Assembly: GCA_965205335.1 (NCBI GenBank)
Contig: OZ242164.1
Location: forward strand, 224,001 to 288,000
Reading direction: 5' to 3'
Length of the DNA: 64,000 bases
DNA from: Candidatus Woesearchaeota archaeon
Lineage (GTDB): Archaea; Nanobdellota; Nanobdellia; Woesearchaeales; UBA583
Shown one piece after another: positions 17,750-27,941 of this stretch (positions within the stretch are counted from its first letter, which is position 1; every line of letters starts with the position of its first letter). The position numbers and the translations under genes are program-made. The notes under the pieces are model-generated. The model was not told the DNA's origin, searched no databases, and saw nothing but the letters and a program-made list of their open reading frames with translations.

Positions 17750-20657
17750 ATGTTAAGTATGAAAATAGCCTTATAGTTTTTATTAATTAAATCTATTATG
17801 TGAATGACTTGGCTTGGGTAGCGATGAAGGACGTGGTTAGCTGCGATATGCGTAAGGTAGGAGCATACTTCCTTTGAACTTGCGATTTCCGAATAGGACT
17901 TCCTTTATATTCGCTCGACGAAAGCACACTTGGGGAACTGAAACATCTTAGTACCCAAAGGAAAAGAAATCAATGTGAGATTCTGTAAGTAATGGCGAAT
18001 GAAAGCAGAACAGATCAAACTGAATCACTTGTAGCAATACATTTGAGATGTGGTGTTTGGAATTCATTTTCCGCCTAATTAAAATATTCAAATAATTCTG
18101 AAATGTTTAACCTTAGAGGGTGATAGTCCCGTAGAATATTTTTGTTAGGGGTTTTGAAATCTCCAGAGTAGCATCTATTGGAAATTAGGTGTGAATGTGG
18201 GGGTCACTTGCCTCCAAATCTAAATATAACCCAAGACCGATAGTGAATTAGTACCGTGAGGGAATGTTGAAAAGAGGCCTTAACAGGTCCTGAAAAGATC
18301 TGAAACATAGTAGATATAGGATGATGCGGCATCAAGGTGTTGCATCGTACGTTCTGAATAACGGGCCGGGGAGCTGATTTTTATGGCATGGCGAAAGCCG
18401 CAGGGAAACCAAGTTGCTGCAAATTTGAGAGCAAGGGTAGTAATACTGCCTTTAGTCATAAATATCAAACCCGAAACCAGATGATCTATACCTGAGCAGG
18501 CTGAAGTTCAAGTAAAATTGAATGGAGGGCCGAAGCAGTATCGCGTCTATTGATTTGTGTGATTTGGGTATAGGGGTGAAAAGCCAATCGAATCTGGTGA
18601 TAGCTGGTTCTAGTCAAAATTGGCCTTAGTCAAGTCTTAGTTTAGAATGTTACAGAGGTAGAGCTACGGATAAGGAGGTTGGGGGGAGAAATCTCTTCAT
18701 TTCCTTGTCCAACTCCAAATGCTGTAACTTCGTAGATACTAGGAAACGGGATTGCACGGGGTAAACTTGCAATCCGTGAGGGGAACAACCCAGACTATAG
18801 TTAAGGTCCCTAAATAGTGATCAAGTGATAAAGGGTAAAGGGTGTAAGTATTCGAAGACAAAGAGGAGGTTTGCTTAGAAGCAGCAATCCCTTAAAGAGT
18901 GCGTAACAGCTCACTCTTCAAGAGTATTTGCCCCGAAAATAATCGGGTCTAAATCACTTACCGATACTATAGTTCACGTATACGATACGTGTAAGGTAGA
19001 CTAGTAATGCATGTGGGCAGAAGTTTCGCTTGAAGGCGAAGTGGACCACATGGATATAAGAATCCCGGCGGTAGTAGGAGAATAACTGCGTGAGAATCGC
19101 AGTGGGCGAAAGGGCAAGGGTTCCTTCTCAATGTAGATCAGAGAAGGGTTAGTCATTCCTAATTGGAGTCCTAATTGGATTTACAAGAAAGGGAAGCAGG
19201 TTAATATTCCTGCACTATTTGGATAGATGTGGTAACACAAGTATAATTTTGGACAATTTCGGTTAATTGCTACCAAGCTTGCTTGGTTCAAGAAGAATAA
19301 ATCAATGGAGTGTTGTAATGACGAGAAGTTGATTAAGTTTTTATGTGTAATTTGCAATAATACCTAGATTCCTTGAAAACAAAATTATATCAATTCCAGA
19401 TAAATGTACCCACAACCGGCACAGGTGCCCCTAGGTGAGAAACCTAAGTCCTGTAAGGCTAATCTTTGTAAGGGAATTCGGCAAATTAGCCACATGCCTT
19501 CGGCATATGTGGTCCCTGAACTACGTGTTTAATCAAGTAGCTTGAGGGTGCAATTTCAAAGGTGGTTCGACTGTTTAACTAAAACATAGGGAACTGCTAG
19601 TCAGTAATGATGTGTATAGTTCCTGAAGTCTGCCCACTGCCAGTAACTAAAACCTCTTTCCAAGGAGGCCAAGGTCTGGTAAAGGGCGGGGATAACTATG
19701 ATCCTCTTAAGGTAGCGAAATGCCTTGTCGTTTAATTGACGACTTGCATGAATGGCGTAACGAAATCACCACTGTCCCTACAAAGAACCTTCCGAACACA
19801 CTTTCCCGGTGCAAAAGCCGGGGACTTCATGTGGGAAGTAAAGACCCCGTTGAACTTTACTGCAGCCTGCTATTGTGATCAATTCTGTAGTGCAACAAGG
19901 AGCTTTGGCGTCAGTGAAATACTTGTCGCTACAGAATTGGTTGCTTATCACTATATGTGAAACAGTAGTTGGTGGGCAGTTTGGCTGGGGTGGCACCCTG
20001 CTGAAAAGGTATCAGCAGGGCCCAATGGTCAGCTCAGTTGGTTTAGAAATCCAACGTAGAGTGTAAGAGCAAAAGCTGGCTTTATTGTGATTACCATAAT
20101 ACTAATCGCAATTACGAAAGTATGGTCTAACGATCTCCAATGTGCTCCTAAGTGGGGCCTTGGATTGACAGAAAAGTTACCACGGGGATAACAGAGTTGT
20201 CGCTCCTGAGAGTTCATATCGACGGAGCGGTTTGCTACATCGATGTCGGCTCATCCTAACCTGGTAGTGCAGCAGCTACCAAAGGTGGGGGTGTTCACCC
20301 ATTAAAAGGGTTCGTGAGCTGGGTTCACAACGCTGTGAGGCAGTTGGTATAATATCTGCATGGAGTGTAATAGTATCTGCGAGAAAGATTCATTTAGTAC
20401 GAAAGGAACGATGTGTCGTCGCCACTGGTGTATCTGTTGTCCATATGGGCACGCAGAGTAGCTACGCGATAGAGGATAAAGGCTGAAAGCATCTAAGCCT
20501 GAAACCTCCCTCTAAAAAAGATACATTTGTCACAAATAAAAGATTTGTTTGATAGGATCTTGGTGTAATTATGAAGTTTTTACGACATATTCAGCCAGAG
20601 ATTACTAACGACTTTACAATAAAAACTAACTTAACAGGAAATTTTCATACTTAACAT
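17750..20657 (+). other. 23S pre-rRNA processing stem (flanking inverted repeats)
   Basis: atgttaagtatgaaaat (17750-17766) pairs with attttcatacttaacat (20641-20657); tagtttttatt (17774-17784) pairs with aataaaaacta (20618-20628). Confidence 0.85.
17785..20617 (+). rRNA. rrl: 23S ribosomal RNA (archaeal, AT-rich; ends approximate)
   Basis: GAACTGAAACATCTTAGTACCC, CTCTTAAGGTAGCGAAATGCCTTGTCG, GGGATAACAG, CGATGTCGGCTC, sarcin-ricin loop AGTACGAAAGGAAC. Confidence 0.97.
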
Positions 20658-20833
20658 AATAATTTGTTCACATATACAATACTCAAACATTTTATTTATC
20701 TAAAAAACAAAACTAAAAAATTCTATGCTTAATACGTAATATTTTCTTAACTCTAAGAGAAATTCTTATAAAAAATTAAACTAAATAAGATTTAGATAGA
20801 AAACCAAAAATAAAATAAAAACTATTCCTTAAT

Positions 20834-20998
20834 TCATTCAACACACGAACACTTACCACAGTGACATCTGTCTGGGTTTTTGTGAATTCCCATATAAACT
20901 CCTCTCCCACATTTAGGACAGCTCTTGCGTGACTCCTTAACCATATCATACTTCCTAGAAGGTTCACTTGACTTTTTTTTCTCTTTTGCCTTTGCCAT
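20834..20998 (-). CDS. rps27ae: 30S ribosomal protein S27ae (eS31), not in the ORF track
   Basis: Manual translation MAKAKEKKKSSEPSRKYDMVKESRKSCPKCGRGVYMGIHKNPDRCHCGKCSCVE; directly follows rpl11. Confidence 0.9.
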   Translation of the reverse strand: MAKAKEKKKSSEPSRKYDMVKESRKSCPKCGRGVYMGIHKNPDRCHCGKCSCVE

Positions 20999-20999
20999 T

Positions 21000-21488
21000 T
21001 TAAATTTCCTCATTTAACTGCTTATCATAAGTTCCAGCCTTAACATCTGAAATAAAATCTCTTGGTTTCTTTCCATCAATAGTTACCCCAAGTGAATAAC
21101 AAGTACCTGCAATCTCGCGAACCGCTGCAGACAAATCATTTGACAGCAATGCATCAAATTTCATCCTTGCAACTTTCTTAATCTGTTCCAAATTCATATC
21201 TGCAACATACTCTGTATTAGGAGTCCCTGATCCTTTTTGTATTCCAAGTTCTGATTTTATTAGTTGTGATGCCGGGGGAGTTCCCACCTCAATCTCATAC
21301 TCTTTTGTATCAGTATCAACAATAACTTTTACTGGAACTTTCATTCCCTTAAAATCTGATGTTTTCTTATTAATATCTGCTACAACCTGCCCAATATTGA
21401 CTTTCAAAGGTCCTAACGCAGGTCCTATTGGAGGTGCAGCTGATGCTTTCCCTCCCTCAATTAAGGCTTCAACAGTTTCTTTTCCCAT
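21000..21488 (-). CDS. rpl11: 50S ribosomal protein L11
   Basis: GGKASAAPPIGPALGP, KGMKVPVKV, GTCYSLGV. Confidence 0.97.
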   Translation of the reverse strand: MGKETVEALIEGGKASAAPPIGPALGPLKVNIGQVVADINKKTSDFKGMKVPVKVIVDTDTKEYEIEVGTPPASQLIKSELGIQKGSGTPNTEYVADMNLEQIKKVARMKFDALLSNDLSAAVREIAGTCYSLGVTIDGKKPRDFISDVKAGTYDKQLNEEI

Positions 21489-21655
21489 TTTCTATCACAT
21501 TATGTAAAAACGTAAGATGCAAAAAAATTGTATTGCAGAACTTACAAACCTACTATCAAACAAACATAGAAACAATGAAACTACCAACTTCCTACATCTG
21601 TAAGCTACCTTATGCATCGCAATAAAGGTTAGTGGCATTAATTAAAATAACGCCT
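21489..21655 (-). promoter_or_regulatory. long structured 5' leader of rpl11
   Basis: TATA at 21677-21684; stems GGCGTTA/TAATGCC, ACCTT/AAGGT, CTTACAGA/TTTGTAAG, TGCAA/TTGCA. Confidence 0.45.
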
Positions 21656-21743
21656 GAAAAAATTAATACAAAACCTTTTATAAATCTAATGTCAGAAAAA
21701 GGCAACAGGAAATTTTTAAAAAGAAACAAAAAATAACATTTCT

Positions 21744-22322
21744 ATGACAAAAAACTACTCTGACTTTAAATTCTGGAAAAAACAGGCACTTTCCAAATTA
21801 GACAAATCAAACATAGGAGAAATTGATGAAAAGATAAAACCACTTTGCGACTCCATAAACAAAAAAGATAATATGTTTACTCTCTCATCCTGTAGCGGAA
21901 GAATAACTCTAATGAAAGATTTAAGCAAAACCCAAAATATTTGGCACTTTGTCTCCCATAAAAAAATAAAACTCCAAGACATAACAAATTCATTAAATAA
22001 CTACAAAGAAAACACTCCTCTCCTTTTCATTCAAGAATCAGTTATAATACACATCTGCGTTAAAACAAATGAACTTGTCAGAAAACTAATGCACATTAGC
22101 AAAAAATCTGGACTAAACCAAGTAGGGATAATCGCAAACAGAAATAAAATAGTAGTTGAACTAATTTGCGATTCTAAACTCAAACTCCCAATATACGAAA
22201 ACAGAAAAATTTTAATCAATGAAGAATATCTCAAAATCTTAATTAATAGAGCAAATAAAAATTTAAAAAAATCTTGGAATGCAATAAAAAAACTTACGAA
22301 GGAAATTACAAATTTGAAATAA
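21744..22322 (+). CDS. taw3: tRNA wybutosine-synthesis methyltransferase Taw3/Tyw3
   Basis: DKSNIGEIDEKI...IN...FTLSSCSGRI...WHFVSH motif. Confidence 0.9.
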   Translation: MTKNYSDFKFWKKQALSKLDKSNIGEIDEKIKPLCDSINKKDNMFTLSSCSGRITLMKDLSKTQNIWHFVSHKKIKLQDITNSLNNYKENTPLLFIQESVIIHICVKTNELVRKLMHISKKSGLNQVGIIANRNKIVVELICDSKLKLPIYENRKILINEEYLKILINRANKNLKKSWNAIKKLTKEITNLK

Positions 22323-22368
22323 AACATGCAAACGTTAGCTTTATATATATTTACACATTCAAAAATCT

Positions 22369-22974
22369 ATGGCAAAATTTGAATTAAAAGATTTACCCTA
22401 TGACTATACGGCGCTAAGTCCATACATTAGCGAAGAGACATTAAGATTTCACCATGGCAAACACCATCAGGCTTACTGTGATAAATTAAATGCCGCTCTT
22501 TTAGAACCTGAAATTGAAACAGATAACATTGAAGAGATACTTGCAAACTTCTCAGACAAACCAGCTATAAGAAACAATGGAGGAGGATTCTGGAATCACA
22601 CATTTTACTGGGAGAGTATGGGAAATAACAATAACGAACCAAGCAAGAGAATGTTAAATTTAATTGAAGAATCATTTGGTTCATTTGAAGAATTTAAAAA
22701 TCAGTTTAGCAATTTCGCGACTACTCTTTTCGGTTCTGGATGGACTTGGCTTGCAGTAAACAATGAAGAAAAATTAGTAATATACAATACACCAAACCAA
22801 GACAACTTTATGATGGGTGTCTGCCCAAACAAAGAAAAACCAATACTTGGAATTGATGTATGGGAACATGCATATTACTTGGATTACCAAAACAAAAGAC
22901 CTGAATATATTGAGAATTTTTTTAAAATAATCAATTGGGCAAAAGTTGAAGAACGATATAACGAATTAGAATAA
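22369..22974 (+). CDS. sod: Fe/Mn superoxide dismutase
   Basis: HHGKHHQAY, NGGGFWNH, FGSGWTWL, DVWEHAYYLDY. Confidence 0.97.
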   Translation: MAKFELKDLPYDYTALSPYISEETLRFHHGKHHQAYCDKLNAALLEPEIETDNIEEILANFSDKPAIRNNGGGFWNHTFYWESMGNNNNEPSKRMLNLIEESFGSFEEFKNQFSNFATTLFGSGWTWLAVNNEEKLVIYNTPNQDNFMMGVCPNKEKPILGIDVWEHAYYLDYQNKRPEYIENFFKIINWAKVEERYNELE

Positions 22975-23012
22975 ACAAATTCTTAAATTCTACTTCTCAA
23001 CCAAACCCAAAT

Positions 23013-23414
23013 TTAAATCATTTTGATTAATTCATGTGTTGGAAGAATTTCAACTGTATCTTGCTCTTGCAAAAGTTTATCATTAGACCAAATTGGACAA
23101 CCTAATTTAAGAGCCAAAGCAAAATAAAGAATATCTTCATTATCTAGAGAAATCTCTTCTGCTCGTTTTTCAAATCCTTTTAAATCTTCAAAAGGAACTA
23201 AAACAATCCTATTCTCATAAATATTAAACAATCTTTCAAAATCTTCTGGACTTCTTTTAGTCTTCCTTAAAATTGTTTGTTTATGCTTCCTAAATTCCTC
23301 AAATACAAATTCAGGAGAATATAACTTTAAACCTGATTTTATAAGTAAATTTGAAGTAACACTCTCTTTTATAAGAGCAGCAAAGAGGATATTTGCATCC
23401 AAAACCAAATCCAT
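23013..23414 (-). CDS. PIN-domain (VapC-like) toxin
   Basis: VLDANILFAAL...E...D..Y.ALA...IWSNDK acidic tetrad. Confidence 0.9.
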   Translation of the reverse strand: MDLVLDANILFAALIKESVTSNLLIKSGLKLYSPEFVFEEFRKHKQTILRKTKRSPEDFERLFNIYENRIVLVPFEDLKGFEKRAEEISLDNEDILYFALALKLGCPIWSNDKLLQEQDTVEILPTHELIKMI

Positions 23415-23644
23415 TATTTATTATTCCCCTTATATCTCTTCATTAAATCCTTTTTTAATTTTCTTCCCAATCTCAGAGCATCTTTCTCAGTCATTTCACT
23501 TTCTGCTTTAAATTTCTTCAAAAAATCCAAATCTGAAACTTTTGAAAGAAAAGCTTGTCTTGCAACTTCAGACCAATTAATCTCTGGATGAGACTCCATT
23601 TTATGCCTTAATTCAGACGGAACAGATAAAGTCATCGTAACCAT
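23414..23644 (-). CDS. ribbon-helix-helix antitoxin
   Basis: MVTMTLSVP..L..KM...PEINWSEVARQA; stop overlaps the PIN gene start. Confidence 0.8.
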   Translation of the reverse strand: MVTMTLSVPSELRHKMESHPEINWSEVARQAFLSKVSDLDFLKKFKAESEMTEKDALRLGRKLKKDLMKRYKGNNK

Positions 23645-23695
23645 ATGTATATTATGTGCACACACACATATAAACTTTTGCTTTTAAGAATTCTC

Positions 23696-23965
23696 TTATT
23701 CCTTTATTTCAACCAAACCCAAAATCTCTTCTTTATATCTCTTTGCAAGATTCTTATTTCTAATAATCAACAAATTCTCATCATTATAAGAAACCCCAGA
23801 TTTACTTGGATTCATTGAACCTGTAATAACATACTCCAAATCAACCACAAAAACTTTATGATGCATTGTCTTTGGATTAGAATCCTTGACAATATCTAAA
23901 TCCTTTGACAAATTATCTATAATTGAACCTCTTGTATTCCACATCCGACTCTCAATAATGACTTT
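23696..23965 (-). pseudogene. C-terminal fragment of a phospholipase D/nuclease
   Basis: MHHKVFVVD...ITGSMN...NDEN (HKD motif); 5' part missing. Confidence 0.75.
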
Positions 23966-24266
23966 TCTGATTTCATTTCTAATTTTATTTTACATAGACC
24001 AAACTACATATCCTATAAACATAAAAATAAAAAACCTAACGAACAACCACATAAACAAAAACATAATAGTAGAAGGAAAAATAATAAAACAATCTAACTT
24101 TAACTCAACTAAATTCTTTAATATAAAAGACGAAACAGGAATTCTAAAAGCAGTATCATTTAAATCAGAATATGAATTACACAAATCCCGAAAATATTAC
24201 TTTATGGGAAAAATAACAAAATACAACAATGAATTAGAACTAATAACTTCAAAAATATGGAAATAA
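23958..24266 (+). CDS. membrane-anchored OB-fold protein, probably 5'-truncated
   Basis: Short hydrophobic start, then V.GKI...FFNIKDETGILKAV.F...GKITKYNNELELI. Confidence 0.6.
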   Translation: MTFLISFLILFYIDQTTYPINIKIKNLTNNHINKNIIVEGKIIKQSNFNSTKFFNIKDETGILKAVSFKSEYELHKSRKYYFMGKITKYNNELELITSKIWK

Positions 24267-24268
24267 AA

Positions 24269-24961
24269 TCAGACATTAAAATCCCTTTGAGTTGAAACCT
24301 CCTTTCCATCAACGCAAACCTTTCTCTTTATAGTACCAACTCGTTTTGCAAGTCGTCTTGCAGTATCAAAATCAGGAACTTCCTTTGGAAGTTCAATTCC
24401 AGTAACCTCAATCTCATGAAAAATCTCAACCAGTTTTGGTTCACCTGACACATCAAACGCAAACTCTCTAATAACTTTCCCTGCAATACTAGATGGAAGA
24501 GTAACTTTGCAGAAATCTGCTGCAAACTCTTTATTTGGCTTTGGAAAACTTGACTTAGTAACATACGAAACTCCTTCCTCTCTAATATTTATTAGAACAT
24601 GATAACTATTCATTGTCTCAACAAAATCCTTAATATCAACATCATTCTCAAGCTTATACTTAAAAATTCCTCTTGCCTTAGAAACTTTTGAATACATAAT
24701 ACCTAACTTTGCAAGTTCTGATGCCAAATCTCTATTCCATATAAGAAGTCCGCTAATATGAACTACTTTTTTCCCAATAACACCCGCTACTATCTCTAAA
24801 AGCTCATCTACATAATGAAAAGATGCACCAATCTTAACACCTGTATTTGAAACCCTGATTTTCATAATAGGTCCTACAAACCCCCCCTTACTATACCTAA
24901 TAAACTTATTATGAAGATGGTCAGTATCATTATCTTCATACAAATCCTTAACAAAATGCAT
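24269..24961 (-). CDS. hypothetical protein
   Basis: Long ORF with minus-strand codon bias; TATA ~25 nt upstream of ATG 24961. Confidence 0.7.
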   Translation of the reverse strand: MHFVKDLYEDNDTDHLHNKFIRYSKGGFVGPIMKIRVSNTGVKIGASFHYVDELLEIVAGVIGKKVVHISGLLIWNRDLASELAKLGIMYSKVSKARGIFKYKLENDVDIKDFVETMNSYHVLINIREEGVSYVTKSSFPKPNKEFAADFCKVTLPSSIAGKVIREFAFDVSGEPKLVEIFHEIEVTGIELPKEVPDFDTARRLAKRVGTIKRKVCVDGKEVSTQRDFNV

Positions 24962-25097
24962 ACTATACAACCTTAAACAATCTTTATATATATTTGCTTT
25001 TACTTAAAAGGTTATATTATACACAAATTTAAACATATCACTATCTATTATTTAAAAAAATCTAAAAGTTTTTATATAACTAGGAAGTGCGTTTAAT

Positions 25098-25499
25098 ATG
25101 GGAGGTGTTTTAACACACACATTAATTGGGATTTTAAGTGGAGGTGTAGTTTTTTATTTCTGGAGAAAATCCGAATTTTTCTTAGCAACACTTCTTGGAA
25201 ATACAATTGTTGATTTCTTTAAATTCTTCTTTACCGCCCTCAAACAAGGAACAATATATCTATTTAACATAGAACACGATGAAACATTTTGGTTTTGGGC
25301 AGATTTAACTAATAATTGGACTAACTGGTTCACATTGGGTTTCTTCCTTTTAACATTAGCCACATTCTTGTACCATCATCATATAATCAGAAAAAAAACA
25401 TTTGTTGAATACGAAGAATTAGTTTGGGCATTTTTAATTGGAGTATGCTTACATTTGTTATTAGATATATTTTACATTGAAAAAAGTATTTGGATATAA
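25098..25499 (+). CDS. membrane protein, putative metal-dependent hydrolase (YbcI/DUF457-like)
   Basis: THTLIG...VD...HLLLD pattern across transmembrane helices. Confidence 0.55.
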   Translation: MGGVLTHTLIGILSGGVVFYFWRKSEFFLATLLGNTIVDFFKFFFTALKQGTIYLFNIEHDETFWFWADLTNNWTNWFTLGFFLLTLATFLYHHHIIRKKTFVEYEELVWAFLIGVCLHLLLDIFYIEKSIWI

Positions 25500-25500
25500 A

Positions 25501-26310
25501 ATGATAAAAAAAATCTATTTAATACTATGTGGAGAAGATGAACACAAAAGACCCCGTTCAAGAAAACTATTAGAATTAATTAGAAATGATATATTAAACA
25601 ACAATGAGTATAAAATTGTTGTCAGCGGCTTATCTGTTTTTAATTTAAACCCAGAGAGTTCTGAAAGTTCAAGACTCTCTAAATACTTAATAAAAAATAA
25701 TGTTCCAAAAGAAAACATAATCTTAGAAAAAGAATCATTAGACACTCTTGGTAATATGGTATTCTCCCACACTATAATTGAGCAAATAATTAGACAAAAT
25801 CCACAAGAACCAATTGAGATAACTTTAATCACAGAAGGTTTTCATATGAAAAGAAGTGAAGAACTATTCCTGAAAATATTTAATGATTTAAAAAATATCA
25901 ATAATAAACTAACATTTAATTTTGAAAGAGCGAACACAGGCGGAATATCTTCTTTTTTCTGGAAAAGAAAATCAAAAGTTATTATTGAGAAAATCAAAAT
26001 ACAATTAAAAATTAGAAAAGATATCAAGAAAAGACACTTAGAACCTGAAAAAGACATTGTGGATTTCTTTAAAAAATCATCTTTAGTTAGTATAAAATAC
26101 TTAAAGGATTTTGCGGCTTTAGAAATTATTCTATTAGATATTAAAAAATTTAGATTGAAAACTTATGAAGAATTCGAAAATTTTCTGTTCTCCTTACCTA
26201 TTTATAATGAAAAATACAAACCAAAGCACAGATACCTAATAAAATTCAGTCTTTATGCCCTCGCAATCAACATCTCCTTAATGAAAGAAAATCAAAACAA
26301 GAGATACTAG
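25501..26310 (+). CDS. YdcF/DUF218 family protein
   Basis: ILCG, VVSG, NVPKENIILEKESLDTLGN, ITEGFHMKRS. Confidence 0.8.
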   Translation: MIKKIYLILCGEDEHKRPRSRKLLELIRNDILNNNEYKIVVSGLSVFNLNPESSESSRLSKYLIKNNVPKENIILEKESLDTLGNMVFSHTIIEQIIRQNPQEPIEITLITEGFHMKRSEELFLKIFNDLKNINNKLTFNFERANTGGISSFFWKRKSKVIIEKIKIQLKIRKDIKKRHLEPEKDIVDFFKKSSLVSIKYLKDFAALEIILLDIKKFRLKTYEEFENFLFSLPIYNEKYKPKHRYLIKFSLYALAINISLMKENQNKRY

Positions 26311-26329
26311 AAGAAAACAAAACCAACAA

Positions 26330-26689
26330 CTAATTCTTACTTTTCCACTTATTCAAACTATCCTTAATACTTTGAAAATACTTATCAACATTATCCTCAA
26401 CCTCTGCAATCATCTCTTCCTTATTCTTTGAAAAATAAACAAACATAAATCCCCTATCTAAATTAACCTGCCTTTTCATCAAAAGCCCCTGCTTTAACAA
26501 TTTAGAAAGAATTTTCTGAACCGTTGTTCTGTCCTTTCCAACCTTATCAACTATATCCTTTACACCGAGTCCCCTCTTACTCATAATCAAAGCAGAAAAA
26601 ATATCATATTCAGAATCATTCAAACTATAATTACACCTAATCAAATCCCTCAAAGTAATCTTCCTACTTGTAAAATCCAACTTACCCAT
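26330..26689 (-). CDS. TrmB-like winged-HTH regulator
   Basis: DLIRCNYSLNDSEY...KDRTTVQKILSKL...RGFMFVY; start moved to MGKLDF. Confidence 0.8.
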   Translation of the reverse strand: MGKLDFTSRKITLRDLIRCNYSLNDSEYDIFSALIMSKRGLGVKDIVDKVGKDRTTVQKILSKLLKQGLLMKRQVNLDRGFMFVYFSKNKEEMIAEVEDNVDKYFQSIKDSLNKWKSKN

Positions 26690-26754
26690 AGTGAAAAAGA
26701 AATCACATATATTTATAAAACTATTCAAACTTTCAAAACTCACTCCATAAACCT

Positions 26755-27936
26755 TTATTTTCTAATTGCATCAATAATATTTATCTTTGATGCTCTATAC
26801 GCAGGAAGAAACCCTGAAATAACCCCTATTACAAACCCAAAAACAAGCAAACTACCTGCAATCTGAGGTTCTATTGCAATCTCTAAAAAAGTATACCCAC
26901 CAGCTTTAGCTGCAGCCTCAAAACCAATTGCTGCAAAAGAACCTAAAAAAATACCCAGCATTGCTCCTAAAAGCCCAAAAATGCCTGCCTGCAAAACAAA
27001 CAAAAACAAAATATCACTATTCTTAGCTCCAACTGCCTTCATTATTCCAATATCCTTCCTCTTCTCAGTAACTATAACATACATCATATTAATAATACCC
27101 AAAGCCCCCACAATCAAAGCAACAAACGCAATCCCGCCAAGACTCAACTGAACAACCCTTAAAATTGAATTTGCCTGCTCTAAAAGCTGAGTTGGAGAAT
27201 TAATATCAAAACTATCCTTACCTAACCTATTTTCCAAAAAAATACGCAAATTCTCTTCTGCAAGCTCCACATCATAACCCTCAACAATTATAACATCTGC
27301 AAACCCAACAGAATCCCCTGCATCAAAAACATCACGAATAGTATCAATATTAAAATAAATAACAGAATCATCAGGAGGGCTTCCAACAGGCTCTAACACA
27401 CCAACCACCTTAAACTTAACGCCCTTAATATACAAATTACTCCCAACAAGAACCTCTTTCTCATACAAATCCTCTGCAACAAGAGAACCTATAACTGCGC
27501 TATATCTCTCATTCTCCTTAGGAAACCTTCCCTTATCTAATCCCAAATTAAACTCATTAAACAAATCCTTAGATAAAGCAGTTGAAAAAATCTGAACATC
27601 CAAAAACTCATTACTATACTCAACCTGAGTTACTCGGGCATAATAAGGATAAACCTTATCTACATAACTCCTCTTCTCAACCAAACTAACTATATTATCA
27701 TCAAGTCCTTTGACAAAAGTATTTGACGCAATACTCTGAGCCGATGAAGTTAAATACAATCTATTAGAACCTATCTGATCAAACTGTTTCTCAATTGAAC
27801 TCTCAAAACCTGCTCCTAAAAGAAATATAACAAAAATAGTAAGAATACCAAGACTAATTGCAAAAAGAGTTAGAAAAGACGAAACCCTCCTTCTCCAAAG
27901 ATCCCTAAATACCAACCTTAAAAAATCTAATAGCAT
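26755..27936 (-). CDS. ABC transporter permease (MacB/FtsX family)
   Basis: SFLTLFAISLGI, LIVGALGIINMMY...EKRKDIGIMKAVGA, PAYRASK. Confidence 0.92.
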   Translation of the reverse strand: MLLDFLRLVFRDLWRRRVSSFLTLFAISLGILTIFVIFLLGAGFESSIEKQFDQIGSNRLYLTSSAQSIASNTFVKGLDDNIVSLVEKRSYVDKVYPYYARVTQVEYSNEFLDVQIFSTALSKDLFNEFNLGLDKGRFPKENERYSAVIGSLVAEDLYEKEVLVGSNLYIKGVKFKVVGVLEPVGSPPDDSVIYFNIDTIRDVFDAGDSVGFADVIIVEGYDVELAEENLRIFLENRLGKDSFDINSPTQLLEQANSILRVVQLSLGGIAFVALIVGALGIINMMYVIVTEKRKDIGIMKAVGAKNSDILFLFVLQAGIFGLLGAMLGIFLGSFAAIGFEAAAKAGGYTFLEIAIEPQIAGSLLVFGFVIGVISGFLPAYRASKINIIDAIRK

Positions 27937-27941
27937 TTTAA

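Noticed and set aside
18280-20217. Short ORFs listed at 18280-20217
   Set aside because: They lie inside the 23S rRNA; its length (~2.8 kb) leaves no room for an intron or homing endonuclease
20776-20967. 63-aa ORF in the track
   Set aside because: Wrong frame; the real gene is rps27ae at 20834-20998
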